Shown: positions 25,583-40,400 of the stretch, piece by piece
Layout of the letters: every line of letters starts with the position of its first letter
Position numbering within the stretch: the first letter of the stretch is position 1
Assembly: GCA_964016885.1 (NCBI GenBank)
Contig: OZ024750.1
Coordinates: 52,080,001 to 52,144,000 of the forward strand
Length of the DNA stretch: 64,000 bases
Source of the DNA: Eledone cirrhosa
Lineage: Eukaryota
Direction: 5' to 3'
The notes under the pieces: model-generated
Database searches by the model: none
The model's input: the letters and a program-made list of their open reading frames with translations, nothing else
Told to the model about the DNA's origin: nothing
Program-made: the position numbers and the translations under genes

Positions 25583-27103
25583 ATCATCATCATCATCATT
25601 TTACGTCCACTTTTCCTTGCTCGCAGGTGTAGAACAGGTCCTCTTCAGCACAACATCTCTCCATTCGTCACGGTCCTTCGTCATCTCGTCTGTGAGCTTC
25701 AGTGATCTGAGGTCAGCTCTCACCATCTCCACCCATGTTTTTCGTGGTCTTCTTCTACTGAGTCTTCCTTCCACCGGGATTTCTTGGCACTTCTTTACCC
25801 AGCGGTCATCCTCCACGTGCATCACATGGCCTTACCATCGCAGTTTTCTCAACTGCACACTACAGTTTATTCCTCTTATACACAGTTTCTCTCCCAACTC
25901 ATCTATGCTGGGTCGTTCACGCACATTGACATTGCACATCCATCGAAGCATGCTTGCTTCATTTCTCTCCAGCTGTCGCATATCCTCCGCAGTTGCTGCC
26001 CATGTCTTACTATCATGCCGCATCGCGCATCTCACACAGGCATCATATAATAACCGTCCTTTCGTACGCAGGGAGAAACCCTTTTTTGTCAACAGAGGAA
26101 GCAGCTCCCTAAACTTCTTCCATCCTGTCCTTATTCTAGATACTATGGCCTCGGAGCATCCTCCTCCCTTGCTAATTTGATCACCTAGATATCAGAAGCT
26201 ATCAACTACCTCTGTAGATCCTACCTGCATTTGAAAAACGTGCCTCTCACTAGCACTTCTGCTATCAATTCTCCCTGAGTATCTACTGCATATGTAGTTT
26301 TACCTACCTATTAATTTGCCTGCTATCCCACTACACATCTGGTGTACCCAAGATGCGCATGGTGTTCATTCTATAGAGTTTATGCCAACTTCTTTTCTAC
26401 ATATCGAACATGGCCATTTCCCTGGCGGAATCAGAGTTTTGTTCTCTCTTCTACTTCTCAACACTTTTGTCTTAGCTAGATTCACTCTCAGTCCTCTTGC
26501 TTCCAACTGCTGTTTCCACAGCTGGAATTTATTCACTAGCTCCTCTACTGATTCTGCTATAAGTACCAGATCGTCAGCATAGAGAAGTTCCCATGGGCAG
26601 CCAGTCTTAAACTCCTTTGTTATGGCTTCGAGGACTATAATGAACAAGAGCTGGCTGAGGACCGAACCCTGATGTTCTCCTACTTGTATCTGGAATTCCT
26701 CACTAAACTCCATTCCTACTCTCACTTTACTGACAGCACCCCTGTACATAGCTTGCACTGTCCTCACAAGCCATTCCTCTACACCTAGTTTCCTTGGGGA
26801 ACACCAAATGACAGATCGGAGTACCCTATCAAAGGCCTTCTGTAGGTCAATAAAAGCTAAGTATAGTGGCTTATTCTTCTCTAAGAACCTCTCTTGCAGT
26901 TGTCTCACTAAGTTGTACTTTTCCCAGGCACAAAAGCAAACTGCATCGCATCTTTCTGTAATTATTTGTGGTAGCATTATTTCTGTCACTTTTATAACCT
27001 AATCCATCAGTTTTATGCCCCTATAATTGCTCCTCTCCAAAGCATCTCCTTTACTTTCTGTAATTAACAAGAATACTGCTGCACAAGTCTTTGGGTATGA
27101 CTC

Positions 27104-27108
<5 letters not shown>
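25583..27108 (-). mobile_element. 5'-truncated, degenerate RTE (BovB-like) LINE with a (GAT)n tail
   Basis: KGDALERSNYRGIKL, FIDLQKAFDRV, QGSVLSQLLF, LLYADDLVL, MLRWMC, RPRKTW; (ATC)n at 25583-25599. Confidence 0.9.
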
Positions 27109-27193
<85 letters not shown>

Positions 27194-27195
<2 letters not shown>

Positions 27196-27367
27196 CGAAG
27201 GAGTTGTGGTAAGGAACCAGATGGACCATAACGCACCAGAGTACTCAATACTTAGGGTAGTAGAGTGGGTAATAAGAGAAAGTATGACCCCGACGGCAAA
27301 GCTCAAGCCGTGTCCAGAAATAGCCGTCGAAACGGCTTGAGCTCTGCCGTCGGGGTCATACTTTCTC

Positions 27368-27370
<3 letters not shown>
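27194..27370. mobile_element. Fold-back fragment related to family F; arms 27276-27311 and 27332-27367 carry the HHR 3' half
   Basis: GAAA-CGGC-uugagcucu-GCCG-UC-GGGGUC on +; homologous to 21450-21495; (TA)n flanks. Confidence 0.78.
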
Positions 27371-27446
<76 letters not shown>

Positions 27447-27732
27447 TACATATATAGATAGATAGATAATTTTCTTTTTATTTGCCACCAGTAATCAAAA
27501 AGTGGGACAAGTACAATGGGGGGAGTTTACATAACAAGGCGTCCTCAATAAGGAGGAGGCAATAACAAGATATAAAAATAAAATAAAATATAACAAAATA
27601 AATTTTATAACAAAATCCTCAATAGGGAGGAGGCGCCTTGGGCGGTCGCACACACCCCCCAAAAAAAGTGTGCAACCCTTCTCCTCAGGAGCACAGAGAG
27701 GGGGTGCTCCCTTGATCTTTCATCTTCCTCAC

Positions 27733-30700
27733 CTATAGTCTGATGTAGAGTGAAGGCCCATTCACACGGGCCATTCTCGCCACTTTCACCCATCTTTCAT
27801 AAAAACGGCTGGGGTGCAGCACCTCTCTCTCCATCCTGATCCTTCTTCCGAAATGATATCGGAAGAAACGGACCAGTTGTTGGCCAGAGAGAAAGGTGTC
27901 TGACCTCAGTCCTTTCAGACGCGTCCACCATACAACCTCTTTCGCCATGGCTATTACGCACAGAAACACCGCCTCTCCTTCGTTTTTGAAGGGGGGAGGC
28001 GGCTTGATCGTTACAATAGACTCGGTGGTCAACCGGATCGGTCCCACCCTTGACAGCAGTTGTTCGACATAGCCCCACAGATCGGCAATGCCCGAGCAGT
28101 GTACCAATGCGTGTGCAATAGTTTCCTCGTCGCACACGCATCTGGGACAGATCCTTTTCGAGGGGTCCCTCCCCGGGCACCCGTGTCTGTAGAGCCTTTC
28201 TCGAACGGGCAGAGCCCCTCGGTAGCACTGCCAGGCCAGGGACCTCTGGAAGTTATCCATGGGTCTCGGGCTGAATTTCCTACCGAACAGGTTGGCCAGT
28301 TCGTCTTCCTCCAAGCCTAGGGCTTCTCCGAGGGCGTCGTCGCACCTGCTAATCACCAGCCCTCTATAGAATGACGAGGTGGATTCTCCACTGACAGCCG
28401 GGTCCGCCTGCCAGAGAGCCGTGAGCGCCTGGGCACACTCGGTGTGCCAGGCGCCCAGTTTTCTCGGTCTTTGCTTGACCCAGGATTGCAGCTCAGTGAG
28501 TGAGACGAGTCTGGGAAAGGCTCGCCTCACAAACGGGGCCCACACCGGTTGACCGGTGAGGAATACCTGGAGGTGCCGAAGCCTTAATGCGTGTTTACGT
28601 ATCATTAGCCACAGCATCCCAGCCCTCCTTTCGAAGGGTGTTGACAGCAGATGGATCTCCTCACCATAGGAGCCCGCTTCTTCCAAAGGAATTGGAAGAG
28701 TGCGCGCTCCATTTTGGCGAGCGTTTCCCTTGGGCAAGGCACAACGGTCAGGCGGTAGTAGATGACGGACGCTATATAAGTGTTCGCCACCTCCGCCCGA
28801 CCTTTCAGGGACAGTTTGCACTCGGCCCACTTCTGGGTCAGTGCAAACACCCTGTTCGTTACCTCACCCCAGTTCTTCTTCACCTGGAGGTCTGGTCCGA
28901 ACCAGACCCCGAGCAACTTCACCGGGCGCTACGTCCAGCGCCCGACGACGCCATCGGAGGGAATCGATCTGCCCCTCCACGTGCCGAGTTGCACACCGAT
29001 CGACTTGTCCCGGTTCAGCTTAGCCCCTGTAAACCTTTCGTACTCCTCCAGTAAGGTGCCGATCGCCCCAATTTCCGAGGCCGTCGACACCATTACTATT
29101 ACGTCATCGGCGTAGGCTGACACCGCTTTCCGCAATCCCGGTTCCAACGGGATGCCCTGCAACAACTCCAACTTCCGCAGCAGTGGCTCTAGCGTCATTA
29201 CATACAGAAGGGAGGAGAGAGGGCACCCTTGTCGGATAGACCGCGCGATTTCGAACGGCTCCGAGAGGTAGCCGTTCACCTTGACCCTAGAGCAGATGCG
29301 GCTGCTGTGCATGGCATTGATCCAGCCCCTGAAAATGGGTCTGACGCCTGCCGCCGCTAGCACCGCATCCAGTTAACCATGGTCGACCCTATCGAACGCC
29401 TTAGATTGATCCAAGTTGATCAGGGCCCCACCAAAGCCGGGTTCGTTCCCAACCCTCTCTATGATGTATCGCATGAGGTGGAGGTTGTCGTGGATGGACC
29501 TGGACGGGATAGCACATGTCTGCGCATCTCCCACCAGGTTGCCCACGACTAGTGCCAACCTCTTTGCTAGCACCTTGGCCAAAATCTGTAACTCTGTATT
29601 TAGCAGAGTTATGGGCCTGAAATTATTTATATCGTCCCCCTTGTTCTCGTCCTTCCTCACTAGCGTGACTACGCCCTTGGTCACAGCACAGGGAATTCTC
29701 CCGTTCTGTTGCCAGTTGCAGTAGACCGCCTCGAGGAGATCGGGGAACAAGTCCAGCATAGCTAGATATAGTTCGTATGGAAGACCATCGAGACCTGGGG
29801 ATTTGCGTTTGCCGCATTGGCTCAGCACGTCCTCTATCTCAGCGGCTGAAATCGGCTCCTCGCAGGACTTCGCCTCCCTGTCCGAGAGATGCGGCAGGCC
29901 GTCGAGGTATAGACCGAAGTCCATTTCCCCAACCAGCTCCCCTCCCCTTCCGAACAATCTGGCAAAGTGCTTTTGAAAAGCCTCGCACATCTGCTTAGGT
30001 TCAAGGATCACCCGGCCATCCTGGTCTCGCAAAGACTGGATAGTGGATCTACTCCCTCTTTTGGCTTCTGTCACGCGGGCCCAGCTAACAGATTTGGTCC
30101 CCTCGTTTCCCAGAGCACGTATTTTGCTTCGGACGATGCAGCCTTCGTGTTTCGCGTCGAAGAACTGGCACAGGGCCGTTCTCGACGCTAGCACTCTGGC
30201 CACGTCGCCGCTTCTAATTGCCTCTTCTACACTATCTACCAACTCCCTTTCCTTCCTATTTCTATTTGAGGCTAACTCCTTACTAAATTCTATAGAGACT
30301 ACTCTAATCTCTCTTTTGAGAGATCCCCACCACCTGCTGTTGACGATGGTGCCCGTCAACCGCTCCTTAACTAAAGTGCTAATCCGGTCCCTGTAAGCCT
30401 TACTTGCCGGTAAGGACAAGTTGAGCTTCCAGTAACCGAGTCCCTGTCTATGCGTTCTGTCAAGGTTGACCATGCAGGTCACTAACTTGTGGTCTGAATA
30501 GCCAACCATGCGCATTTTTGGACAACTTAAAAAGTCCTTATCCTTATTTCTAACTAAGAACTTATCTAGGTACGATCTAGATGATCCGCTACGGTTTGCC
30601 CAAGTCCAGGTTGGCGCAGTCGGAAAATCTAGTCGATATCTATCGGCCAGGTCAAATCGACCGATTAACCCTTTGAGGCTATTACACCCCTCTCTATCGG

Positions 30701-31188
30701 GGCAGGCCCCTACGTAGTCCCAGCGTGCATCTAGGATACCATTCCAGTCCCCCACTAATAGCAAGGAGCGGGACGTCCCCAGAAAAGTCTCCAGACGATG
30801 GAAGAAGTCCGGCCGCATTGGCCCGAAAGGGCCGCATTGGCCCGAAAGGGCCGTAGACGGCTACCAACCTAAACGCTCCGCCTTCACCACTGCTAAGGTC
30901 CAGAACCACTAGTCGACCCTCCGGGTTCAAATGTACCGTCTATGTTGCGAGACCCAGATGTTTTTGCAGCAGAACGACAACCCCACCCCCACCTCCGGGC
31001 TGACAGAGAGATGCGTGCATCTCAAAGTCATCAAAGGTGGGGGCCAGCTGTCGCACGTTGCTGATCTGGGCCTCGCAAATAACCATCACATCTATACGTT
31101 GTGACCTGAGCTCATTTAGAAGCATTGCTTGCTTCCAAGTTGAGCCCAGGCCACGAGCATTTAGACAGCCTACTCTTAGCATAGCCAT
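27733..31188 (-). pseudogene. Tx1-like ORF2 (APE endonuclease, RT, C-terminal zinc motif), disrupted
   Basis: LNARGL, GDWNG, YLDKFLV, YSDHKLV, KSPGLDGLPYE, FRPITLLN, LDQSKAFDRVDH, RQGCPLS, AYADDV, GGLG, CPRC...HALVHC. Several stops and frameshifts, including a 19-bp tandem duplication at 30811-30848. Confidence 0.92.
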
Positions 31189-31379
31189 TTTGGTGGTGAA
31201 GAGAAAAGGCACTTACCTCTCTGCGTCCCGGGTATCGGGCTGCACAATTTCCATGAGGGTTGGGGGATGGGTTGTTGGGTGGAGTGGTGGTTTGTGGAAG
31301 TGTAGGGGCATCAGTGTGTTGTGTGGTTGGAATGTTTGGAATTGTGTGGGTGTTTGGGGAGGGGGTGGGGTAGTTTTTT

Positions 31380-32979
31380 AGGAGGACGCAGTTAATGGGC
31401 CAGACTCAAGGGGGGACCACGTCCTCTTTAAAGTTTAGTGTTTTATATGTGTCCTCTGGGGCCTTAATCATTTTGAGGTGGGGGTAATCCCCTGCCTGGG
31501 TGAAGTTAAGCCCTTGGGTTTTTATCAAATTGTTGTTGCACACAATGTTTAACAGTATTTTTATTTTTTGTGTTTATGTTTTTGTGTGGTGTTTTTTGTT
31601 TGCTGTTGTTGTTTGCTCTTTTGTGTTGGTGTCAGTGTTATGTTTTGGGAAGGGGTTGTTTTCATTTGTGTGTCTGAGGTGTGTTTTCTTTTTCTTTGTT
31701 TTGATTGTGTGGAAGTGCTCCTCCTCGTCTGACGACGAAATAGGGTCATCTTCCGTGTTGGAGGGGAGGGGTAGATTTTCGGGTTGTGTTTGCGGTGCGG
31801 GTGTTTTGGAAATTGTTTTTTTTTTAGTGGGGGATGGATTGGACATTGTTTTGTTTTGGTTTGAGCTGTGGTTGTTGTTTTTGTAGTGGTGGTTGTGGTG
31901 ATTGTGTTGGTTGTGCAGTTGTTGGTGGTGTAGGCAGGATTGGGGTTTTCTTATTAAGTTGAGGACAGACAGCCCTCAGGTGACCTCTGGTTCCACAGAG
32001 GTAACACGAGGGCCGCCTACCCTCAACGGTAATGTTGATAGAAGTTTGATCATCCAGTATGACGCGTTCAGGGATCTGGGCGATCCTTTCGGGCCTCATT
32101 TGAACTACAAGTTCGAGGCTCGTTCCACTGAATGCGTCACCCGATGCCTTTCCCATGGATATTAGTGTGTCATCATCTAGGTCCAGGAAACCTGTCAATA
32201 CCCACCATATGTCCATAATCGGCAGGATGGTGTGGATTTTTATTTTTTGTGTCCTTCTACCCATGTACGTAGAGTAGAAGGTGTATGCGGTGGATGTGAT
32301 TGGTTTGAAGGACAGTTTCACTGCTGTGTCCCTGTCCTTCATGAGAATGGATAGACTCCCGTAGAGTCTATCCTTCTGAATGAATGTGATGTCGTTCATG
32401 ACGTCTTTTAAAACCAGTTCTATCTCACTCTGTGATGGTTGAGCTGGTTTTTTGCTTTTGTTTGAGACTGTCCTAAACATGACAGTGTTTAGGAGTCTCT
32501 GGCTTTTTAGTTCCGGGGGGGAGTGGATCGAAAATGATCCATTTTCCCCGTACATTATGTATTTTTTGGCATCTGCCAGTAGCTCATTCGCTTATATCTA
32601 CTGGCAGATAGTCGAGGGTTTTCCTTGCCGTCTGGACGAAGGAGACCTTTTCCTTGTGCGTGTTGCTGTTGTAGTTGGTGGTGTTGTTGTTATCATTGTT
32701 GTTGTTATCACAGTTATTGGTCTTGTTGTTGTTGTTATTGTTATTGTTGTTGGTGTTGTTTTCGTCCGTAGCATTGTTGTTGTTGTTGTTGTTGCTGGTG
32801 CTGCTGGTTGTTTGGTTTGTTGCCATGGCAACGTCAAGTTGTCGGTCAGCAGATGGAGAAAATCCTTCCTCTTGCTGACCTTTGTCTTTGACATCTGCTA
32901 CTATGACAGTGGCAGGGGGAAGCTGTAAGCATATCTTCCCCTTTCCTCCTTCGAATTTTGGTGAAGAAGCTTCAGCCAT
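31380..32979 (-). pseudogene. Tx1-like ORF1 (gag-like, one CCHC knuckle), disrupted
   Basis: GRRPSCYLCGTRGHLRAVCP; Asn-rich (AAC)n tract near the N-terminus; Pro/Thr/Lys-rich C-terminus. Confidence 0.8.
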
Positions 32980-33234
32980 TTAATAAAAATGTTAGCTTTT
33001 CAAAAAAAAACTTTTTGTTAACTATTTCGCCTAAAGGCGTAGAATATTTTGAGAGACTGACCAGATCAAAGTTTGACCTGGCAGTCCCTCTACAAAATGG
33101 TACAAAAATGAAAGTTTACAGTCAAGAATTTCTATAGAAATTTAAGCAGAACTTACTCAGCAAGTTACACGCGTGTGTCCATCCCAGAGATAGATATATA
33201 TATAGATAGATAGATATACATACACGCACGCACA

Positions 33235-33337
<103 letters not shown>

Positions 33338-34430
33338 ATGAAGTGTAAGGTGAAGTTACTGTAGGTTCACCCAGGTGAGCACTCGACCTTTAGTGGCGAG
33401 GTGTAGAGCTAAACAGAGTGCAATATGATAAAATGTGCCCTGGTTTACTTGACAGGAAACCTGTACAATATGGAGTATAGCACATACCAAAAATATACAA
33501 GACATCAACGATAATCTAACATACATAAACAACCTGGTTAAGACAGACCTCAAGATCGATGATAGGACGCAACCCTACAGCTCTTTGACACCCAGGATCT
33601 CAATTAAGGTCCATAAACATGACTTTCAGATTACGCTATCGCTTATAGCACCCTCCAAATCAGACTTAGGTATACTTAGTAAATCTATCATTGACCGGAT
33701 AATACCAGAACGATGAAATAGGACAAAACTCAGCCTGTGGTCCTGTACTAGAGAGGTTATTGACTGGTTCTCCAGCATTGACACCAAGTCAGAAGTTCGA
33801 TTCGTCCAACTGGTCATGGCGAACTTATATTACTCAATATTCCTAGTCATCTAGCCTCACTAGAAAGGAAGTTGACATCATCTTAGTTGCTAGAAAAACA
33901 CTAGAATTCGACGGTAAATTATGGGAGAGACAAAATAGATCACATAGCTTTGACATTACAATGGAGTCGACCGATTCCGCCCAAATTACGGATGTTCTCG
34001 GCTTGTACCTCCTAAGTAAACTAATGGACGAAATCCCTAGCATAGGCGGAGGACTGTACAGAGACGGCGCTCTGCTCATGGCCCGCGGACTTAATAATAG
34101 CCAAATAGAAATATTACATAAACGAAACAGATACGTGTTTAAGACCCAAGCCTGGCGGTAGAAATAGAATGCAGCAATAGGACAGTGAATTTCTTAGACG
34201 TGACATTAGAATTAGACGCAGGTTTGTAGTACCCATACCATAAACCTAATGAGAACTTAAAGTATGTTAACAGACACTCCAACCACCCTAGGAACACTAT
34301 TAACTCTCTAGTGAAGAGTGTTTCTAACAGATTGTCCACCCTGTCCGCTGATAGATCTATCTTCAATCAACACGCAAAATACTACAACTCCGCACTAGAT
34401 AAGGCTGGATATAAAGATAAGATCACCTAC

Positions 34431-37400
34431 ACTAGAGTAACTACCACACAAGGACCACCCCAAGATCACCTACAACGACTAGACCAGACTAGAGTAACTA
34501 CCACACAAGGACCACCCCAAGCTGACCTACAACAACTAGACCAGACTAGAGTAACTACCACACAAGGACCACCCCAAGATCACCTACAACGACTAGACCA
34601 GACTAGAGTAACTACCACACAAGGACCACCCCAAGATCACCTACAACGACTAGACCAGACGAGAGTAACTACCACACAAGGACCACCCCAAGATCAACTA
34701 CAACGACTAGAGCAGACTAGAGTAACTACCAGACAAGGACCACCCCAAGCCGACCTACAACAACTAGACCAGACTACAGTAAGTACCACGCAAGGACAAC
34801 CCCAAGCTGACCTACAACGACTAGACCAGACTAGAGTAACTACCACACAAGGACCACCCAAGCTGACCTACAAAGACTAGACCAGACTAGAGTTACTACC
34901 ACACAAGGACCACCCCAAGCTGACCTACAACGACTAGAGTAGACTAGAGTAACTACCACGTAAGGACCAGTCCAACATCACCTACAACGACTAGACCAGA
35001 CTAGAGTAACTACCAGACAAGGACCACCCCAAGCCGACCTACAACAGCTAGACCAGACTAGAGTAAGTAGCACACAAGGACCACCCCAAGTTCACCTACA
35101 ACGACTAGACCAGACTAGAGTAACTAGCACACAAGGACCACCCCAAGCTGACCTACAACGGCTAGACCAGACTAGAGTAACTACCACGTAAGGACCACCC
35201 AAGCTGACCTACAACGGCTAGACCAGACTAGAGTAACTACCACGTAAGGACCACCCCAAGTTCACCTACAACGACTAGACCAGACTAGAGTAACTACCAC
35301 ACAAGGACCACCCAAGCTGACCTACAACGGCTAGACCAGACTAGAGTAACTACCACGTAAGGACCACCCCAAGTTCACCTACAACGACTAGACCAGACTA
35401 GAGTAACTACCACACAAGGACCACCCCAAGCTGACCTACAACGAGTAGACCAGACTAGAGTAACTAGCACACAAGGACCACCCCAAGCTGACCTACAACG
35501 ACTAGACCAGACTAGAGTAACTACCACACAAGGACCACCCCAAGCTGACCTACAACGAGTAGACCAGACTAGAGTAACTAGCACACAAGGACCACCCCAA
35601 GCTGACCTACAACGACTAGACCAGACTAGAGTAACTACCACACAAGGACCACCCCAAGCTGACCTACAACGAGTAGACCAGACTAGAGTAACTAGCACAC
35701 AAGGACCACCCCAAGCTGACCTACAACAACTAGACTAGACTAGAGTAACTACCACACAAGGACCACCCCAAGCTGACCTACAACGACTAGACCAGACTAG
35801 AGTAACTACCACACAAGGACCACCCCAAGCTGACCTACAACGACTAGACCAGACTAGAGTAACTACCACACAAGGACCACCCAAGCTGACCTACAACGAC
35901 TAGACCAGACTAGAGTAACTACCACACAAGGACCACCCCAAGCTGACCTACAACGAGTAGACCAGACTAGAGTAACTGCCACACAAGGACCACCCCAAGC
36001 TGACCTACAACGACTAGACCAGACTAGAGTAACTACCACACAAGGACCACCCCAAGCTGACCTACAACGAGTAGACCAGACTAGAGTAACTAGCACACAA
36101 GGACCACCCCAAGCTGACCTACAACGACTAGACCAGACTAGAGTAACTACCACACAAGGACCACCCCAAGCTGACCTACAACGAGTAGACCAGACTAGAG
36201 TAACTAGCACACAAGGACCACCCCAAGCTGACCTACAACAACTAGACTAGACTAGAGTAACTACCACACAAGGACCACCCCAAGCTGACCTACAACGACT
36301 AGACCAGACTAGAGTAACTACCACACAAGGACCACCCCAAGCTGACCTACAACGACTAGACCAGACTAGAGTAACTACCACACAAGGACCACCCAAGCTG
36401 ACCTACAACGACTAGACCAGACTAGAGTAACTACCACACAAGGACCACCCAAGCTGACCTACAACAGCTAGACCAGACTAGAGTAACTACCACACAAGGA
36501 CCACCCAAGCTGACCTACAACAACTACACTAAACTAGAGTAACTACCACGCAAAGACCACCCCAAGCTGACCTACAACGACTAGACTAGACTAGAGTAAC
36601 TACCCCCACAAGGACCACCCCAAGATCACCTACAACAACTACACCAGACTAGAGTAACTACCACACAAGGACCACCCCAAGATCACCTACAACGACTACA
36701 CCAGACTAGAGTAACTACCACACAAGGACCACCCCAAGCTGACCTACAACGACTAGACTAGACTAGAGTAACTACCACACAAGGACCACCCCAAGATCAC
36801 CTACAACAACTAGACCAGACTAGAGTAACTACCACACAAGGACCACCCCAAGCTGACCTACAACGACTAGACCAGACTAGAGTAACTACCACACAAGGAC
36901 CACCCCAAGATCACCTACAACAACTAGACTAGACTAGAGTAACTACCACACAAGGACCACCCCAACCTGACCTACAACAACTAGACTAGACTAGAGTAAC
37001 TACCACACAAGGACCACCCCAACCTGACCTACAACAACTAGACCAGACTAGAGTAACTACCACACAAGGACCACCCCAACCTGACCTACAACAACTAGAC
37101 CAGACTAGAGTAACTACCACACAAGGACCACCCCAACCTGACCTACAACAACTAGACTAGACTAGAGTAACTACCACACAAGGACCACCCCAACCTGACC
37201 TACAACGACTAGACCAGACTAGAGTAACTACCACACAAGGACCACCCCAAGATCACCTACAACAACTAGACCAGACTACAGTAAGTACCACGCAAGGACC
37301 ACCCCAAGCTGACCTACAACGACTAGACCAGACTAGAGTAACTACCACACAAGGACCACCCCAAGCTGACCTACAACAACTAGACCAGACTAGAGTAACT

Positions 37401-40400
37401 ACCACACAAGGACCACCCCAAGCTGACCTACAACAACTAGACTAGACTAGAGTAACTACCACACAAGGACCACCCCAACCTGACCTACAACAACTAGACT
37501 AGACTAGAGTAACTACCACACAAGGACCACCCCAAGCTGACCTACAATGACTAGACTAGACTAGAGTAACTACCACACAAGGACCACCCCAACCTGACCT
37601 ACAACGACTAGACCAGACTAGAGTAACTACCACACAAGGACCACCCCAACCTGACCTACAACAACTAGACCAGACTAGAGTAACTACCACACAAGGACCA
37701 CCCCAAGCTGACCTACAACGACTACACCAGACTAGAGTAACTACCACACAAGGACCACCCCAACCTGACCTACAACGACTAGACCAGACTAGAGTAACTA
37801 CCACACAAGGACCACCCCAAGCTGACCTACAACGACTAGACCAGACTAGAGTAACTACCACACAAGGACCACCCCAAGATCACCTACAACAACTAGACCA
37901 GACTAGAGTAACTACCACACAAGGACCACCCCAAGATCACCTACAACGACTAGACCAGACTGGAGTAACTACCACGTAAGGACCACCCCAAGATCACCTA
38001 CAACGACTAGACTAGACTAGAGTAACTACCACGTAAGGACCACCCCAAGCTGACCTACAACGACTAGACCAGACTAGAGTAACTACCACACAAGGACCAC
38101 CCCAAGCTGACCTACAACGACTAGACCAGACTAGAGTAACTACCACACAAGGACCACCCCAAGATCACCTACAACGACTAGACTAGACTAGAGTAACTAC
38201 CACACAAGGACCACCCCAAGCTGAGCTACAACGACTAGACTAGACTAGAGTAACTACCACACAAGGACCACCCCAAGCTGACCTACAACGACTACACCAG
38301 ACTAGAGTAACTACCACACAAGGACCACCCCAAGATCACCTACAACGACTACACCAGACTAGAGTAACTACCACACAAGGACCACCCAAGCTGACCTACA
38401 ACGACTAGACTAGACTAGAGTAACTACCACGTAAGGACCACCCCAAGCTGACCTACAACGACTAGACCAGACTAGAGTAACTACCACACAAGGACCACCC
38501 CAAGATCACCTACAACGACTACACCAGACTAGAGTAACTACCACACAAGGACCACCCAAGCTGACCTACAACGACTAGACTAGACTAGAGTAACTACCAC
38601 GTAAGGACCACCCCAAGATCACCTACAACGACTAGACCAGACTAGAGTAACTACCACACAAGGACCACCCCAAGCTGACCTACAACGACTAGACCAGACT
38701 AGAGTAACTACCACACAAGGACCACCCCAAGCTGACCTACAACGACTAGACTAGACTAGAGTAACTACCACGTAAGGACCACCCCAAGCTGACCTACAAC
38801 GACTAGACCAGACTAGAGTAACTACCACACAAGGACCACCCAAGCTGACCTACAACGACTACACCAGACTAGAGTAACTACCACACAAGGACCACCCCAA
38901 CATCACCTACAACGAGTAGACCAGACTAGAGTAACTACCACACAAGGACCACCCCAACATCACCTACAACGACTACACCAGACTAGAGTAACTACCACAC
39001 AAGGACCACCCCAAGATCACCTACAACGACTAGAGCAGACTAGAGTAACTACCACACAAGGACCACCCCAACATCACCTACAACGAGTAGACCAGACTAG
39101 AGTAACTACCACACAAGGACCACCCCAACATCACCTACAACGACTACACCAGACTAGAGTAACTACCACACAAGGACCACCCCAAGATCACCTACAACGA
39201 CTAGAGCAGACTAGAGTAACTACCACACAAGGACCACCCCAACATCACCTACAACGACTACACCAGACTAGAGTAACTACCACACAAGGACCACCCCAAC
39301 ATCACCTACAACGACTACACCAGACTAGAGTAACTACCACACAAGGACCACCCCAAGATCACCTACAACGACTAGAGCAGACTAGAGTAACTACCACACA
39401 AGGACCACCCCAACATCACCTACAACGAGTAGACCAGACTAGAGTAACTACCACACAAGGACCACCCCAACATCACCTACAACGACTACACCAGACTAGA
39501 GTAACTACCACACAAGGACCACCCCAACATCACCTACAACGAGTAGACCAGACTAGAGTAACTACCACACAAGGACCACCCCAACATCACCTACAACGAC
39601 TACACCAGACTAGAGTAACTACCACACAAGGACCACCCCAAGCTGACCTACAACGACTAGAGCAGACTAGAGTAACTACCACACAAGGACCACCCCAAGA
39701 TCACCTACAACGACTAGACCAGACTAGAGTAACTACCACACAAGGACCACCCCAAGCTGACCTACAACAACTAGACCAGACTAGAGTAACTACCACACAA
39801 GGACCACCCCAAGCTGACCTACAACGACTAGAGCAGACTAGAGTAACTACCACACAAGGACCACCCCAAGATCACCTACAACGACTAGAGCAGACTAGAG
39901 TAACTACCACACAAGGACCACCCCAAGCTGACCTACAACAACTAGACCAGACTAGAGTAACTACCACACAAGGACCACCCCAAGCTGACCTACAACGACT
40001 AGACCAGACTAGAGTAACTACCACACAAGGACCACCCCAAGCTGACCTACAACGACTAGACCAGACTAGAGTAACTACCACACAAGGACCACCCCAAGCT
40101 GACCTACAACGACTACACCAGACTAGAGTAACTACCACACAAGGACCACCCCAAGCTGACCTACAACGACTAGAGCAGACTAGAGTAACTACCACACAAG
40201 GACCACCCCAAGATCACCTACAACGACTAGAGCAGACTAGAGTAACTACCACACAAGGACCACCCCAAGCTGACCTACAACAACTAGACCAGACTAGAGT
40301 AACTACCACACAAGGACCACCCCAAGCTGACCTACAACGACTAGACCAGACTAGAGTAACTACCACACAAGGACCACCCCAAGCTGACCTACAACGACTA

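Larger units (their letters stand above)
27468..33188 (-). mobile_element. Near full-length degenerate Tx1/L1-clade non-LTR retrotransposon
   Basis: Two-ORF layout, AATAAA plus a short A-rich 3' end at ~27470-27485, (TAGA)n/(TA)n at both flanks. Confidence 0.9.
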
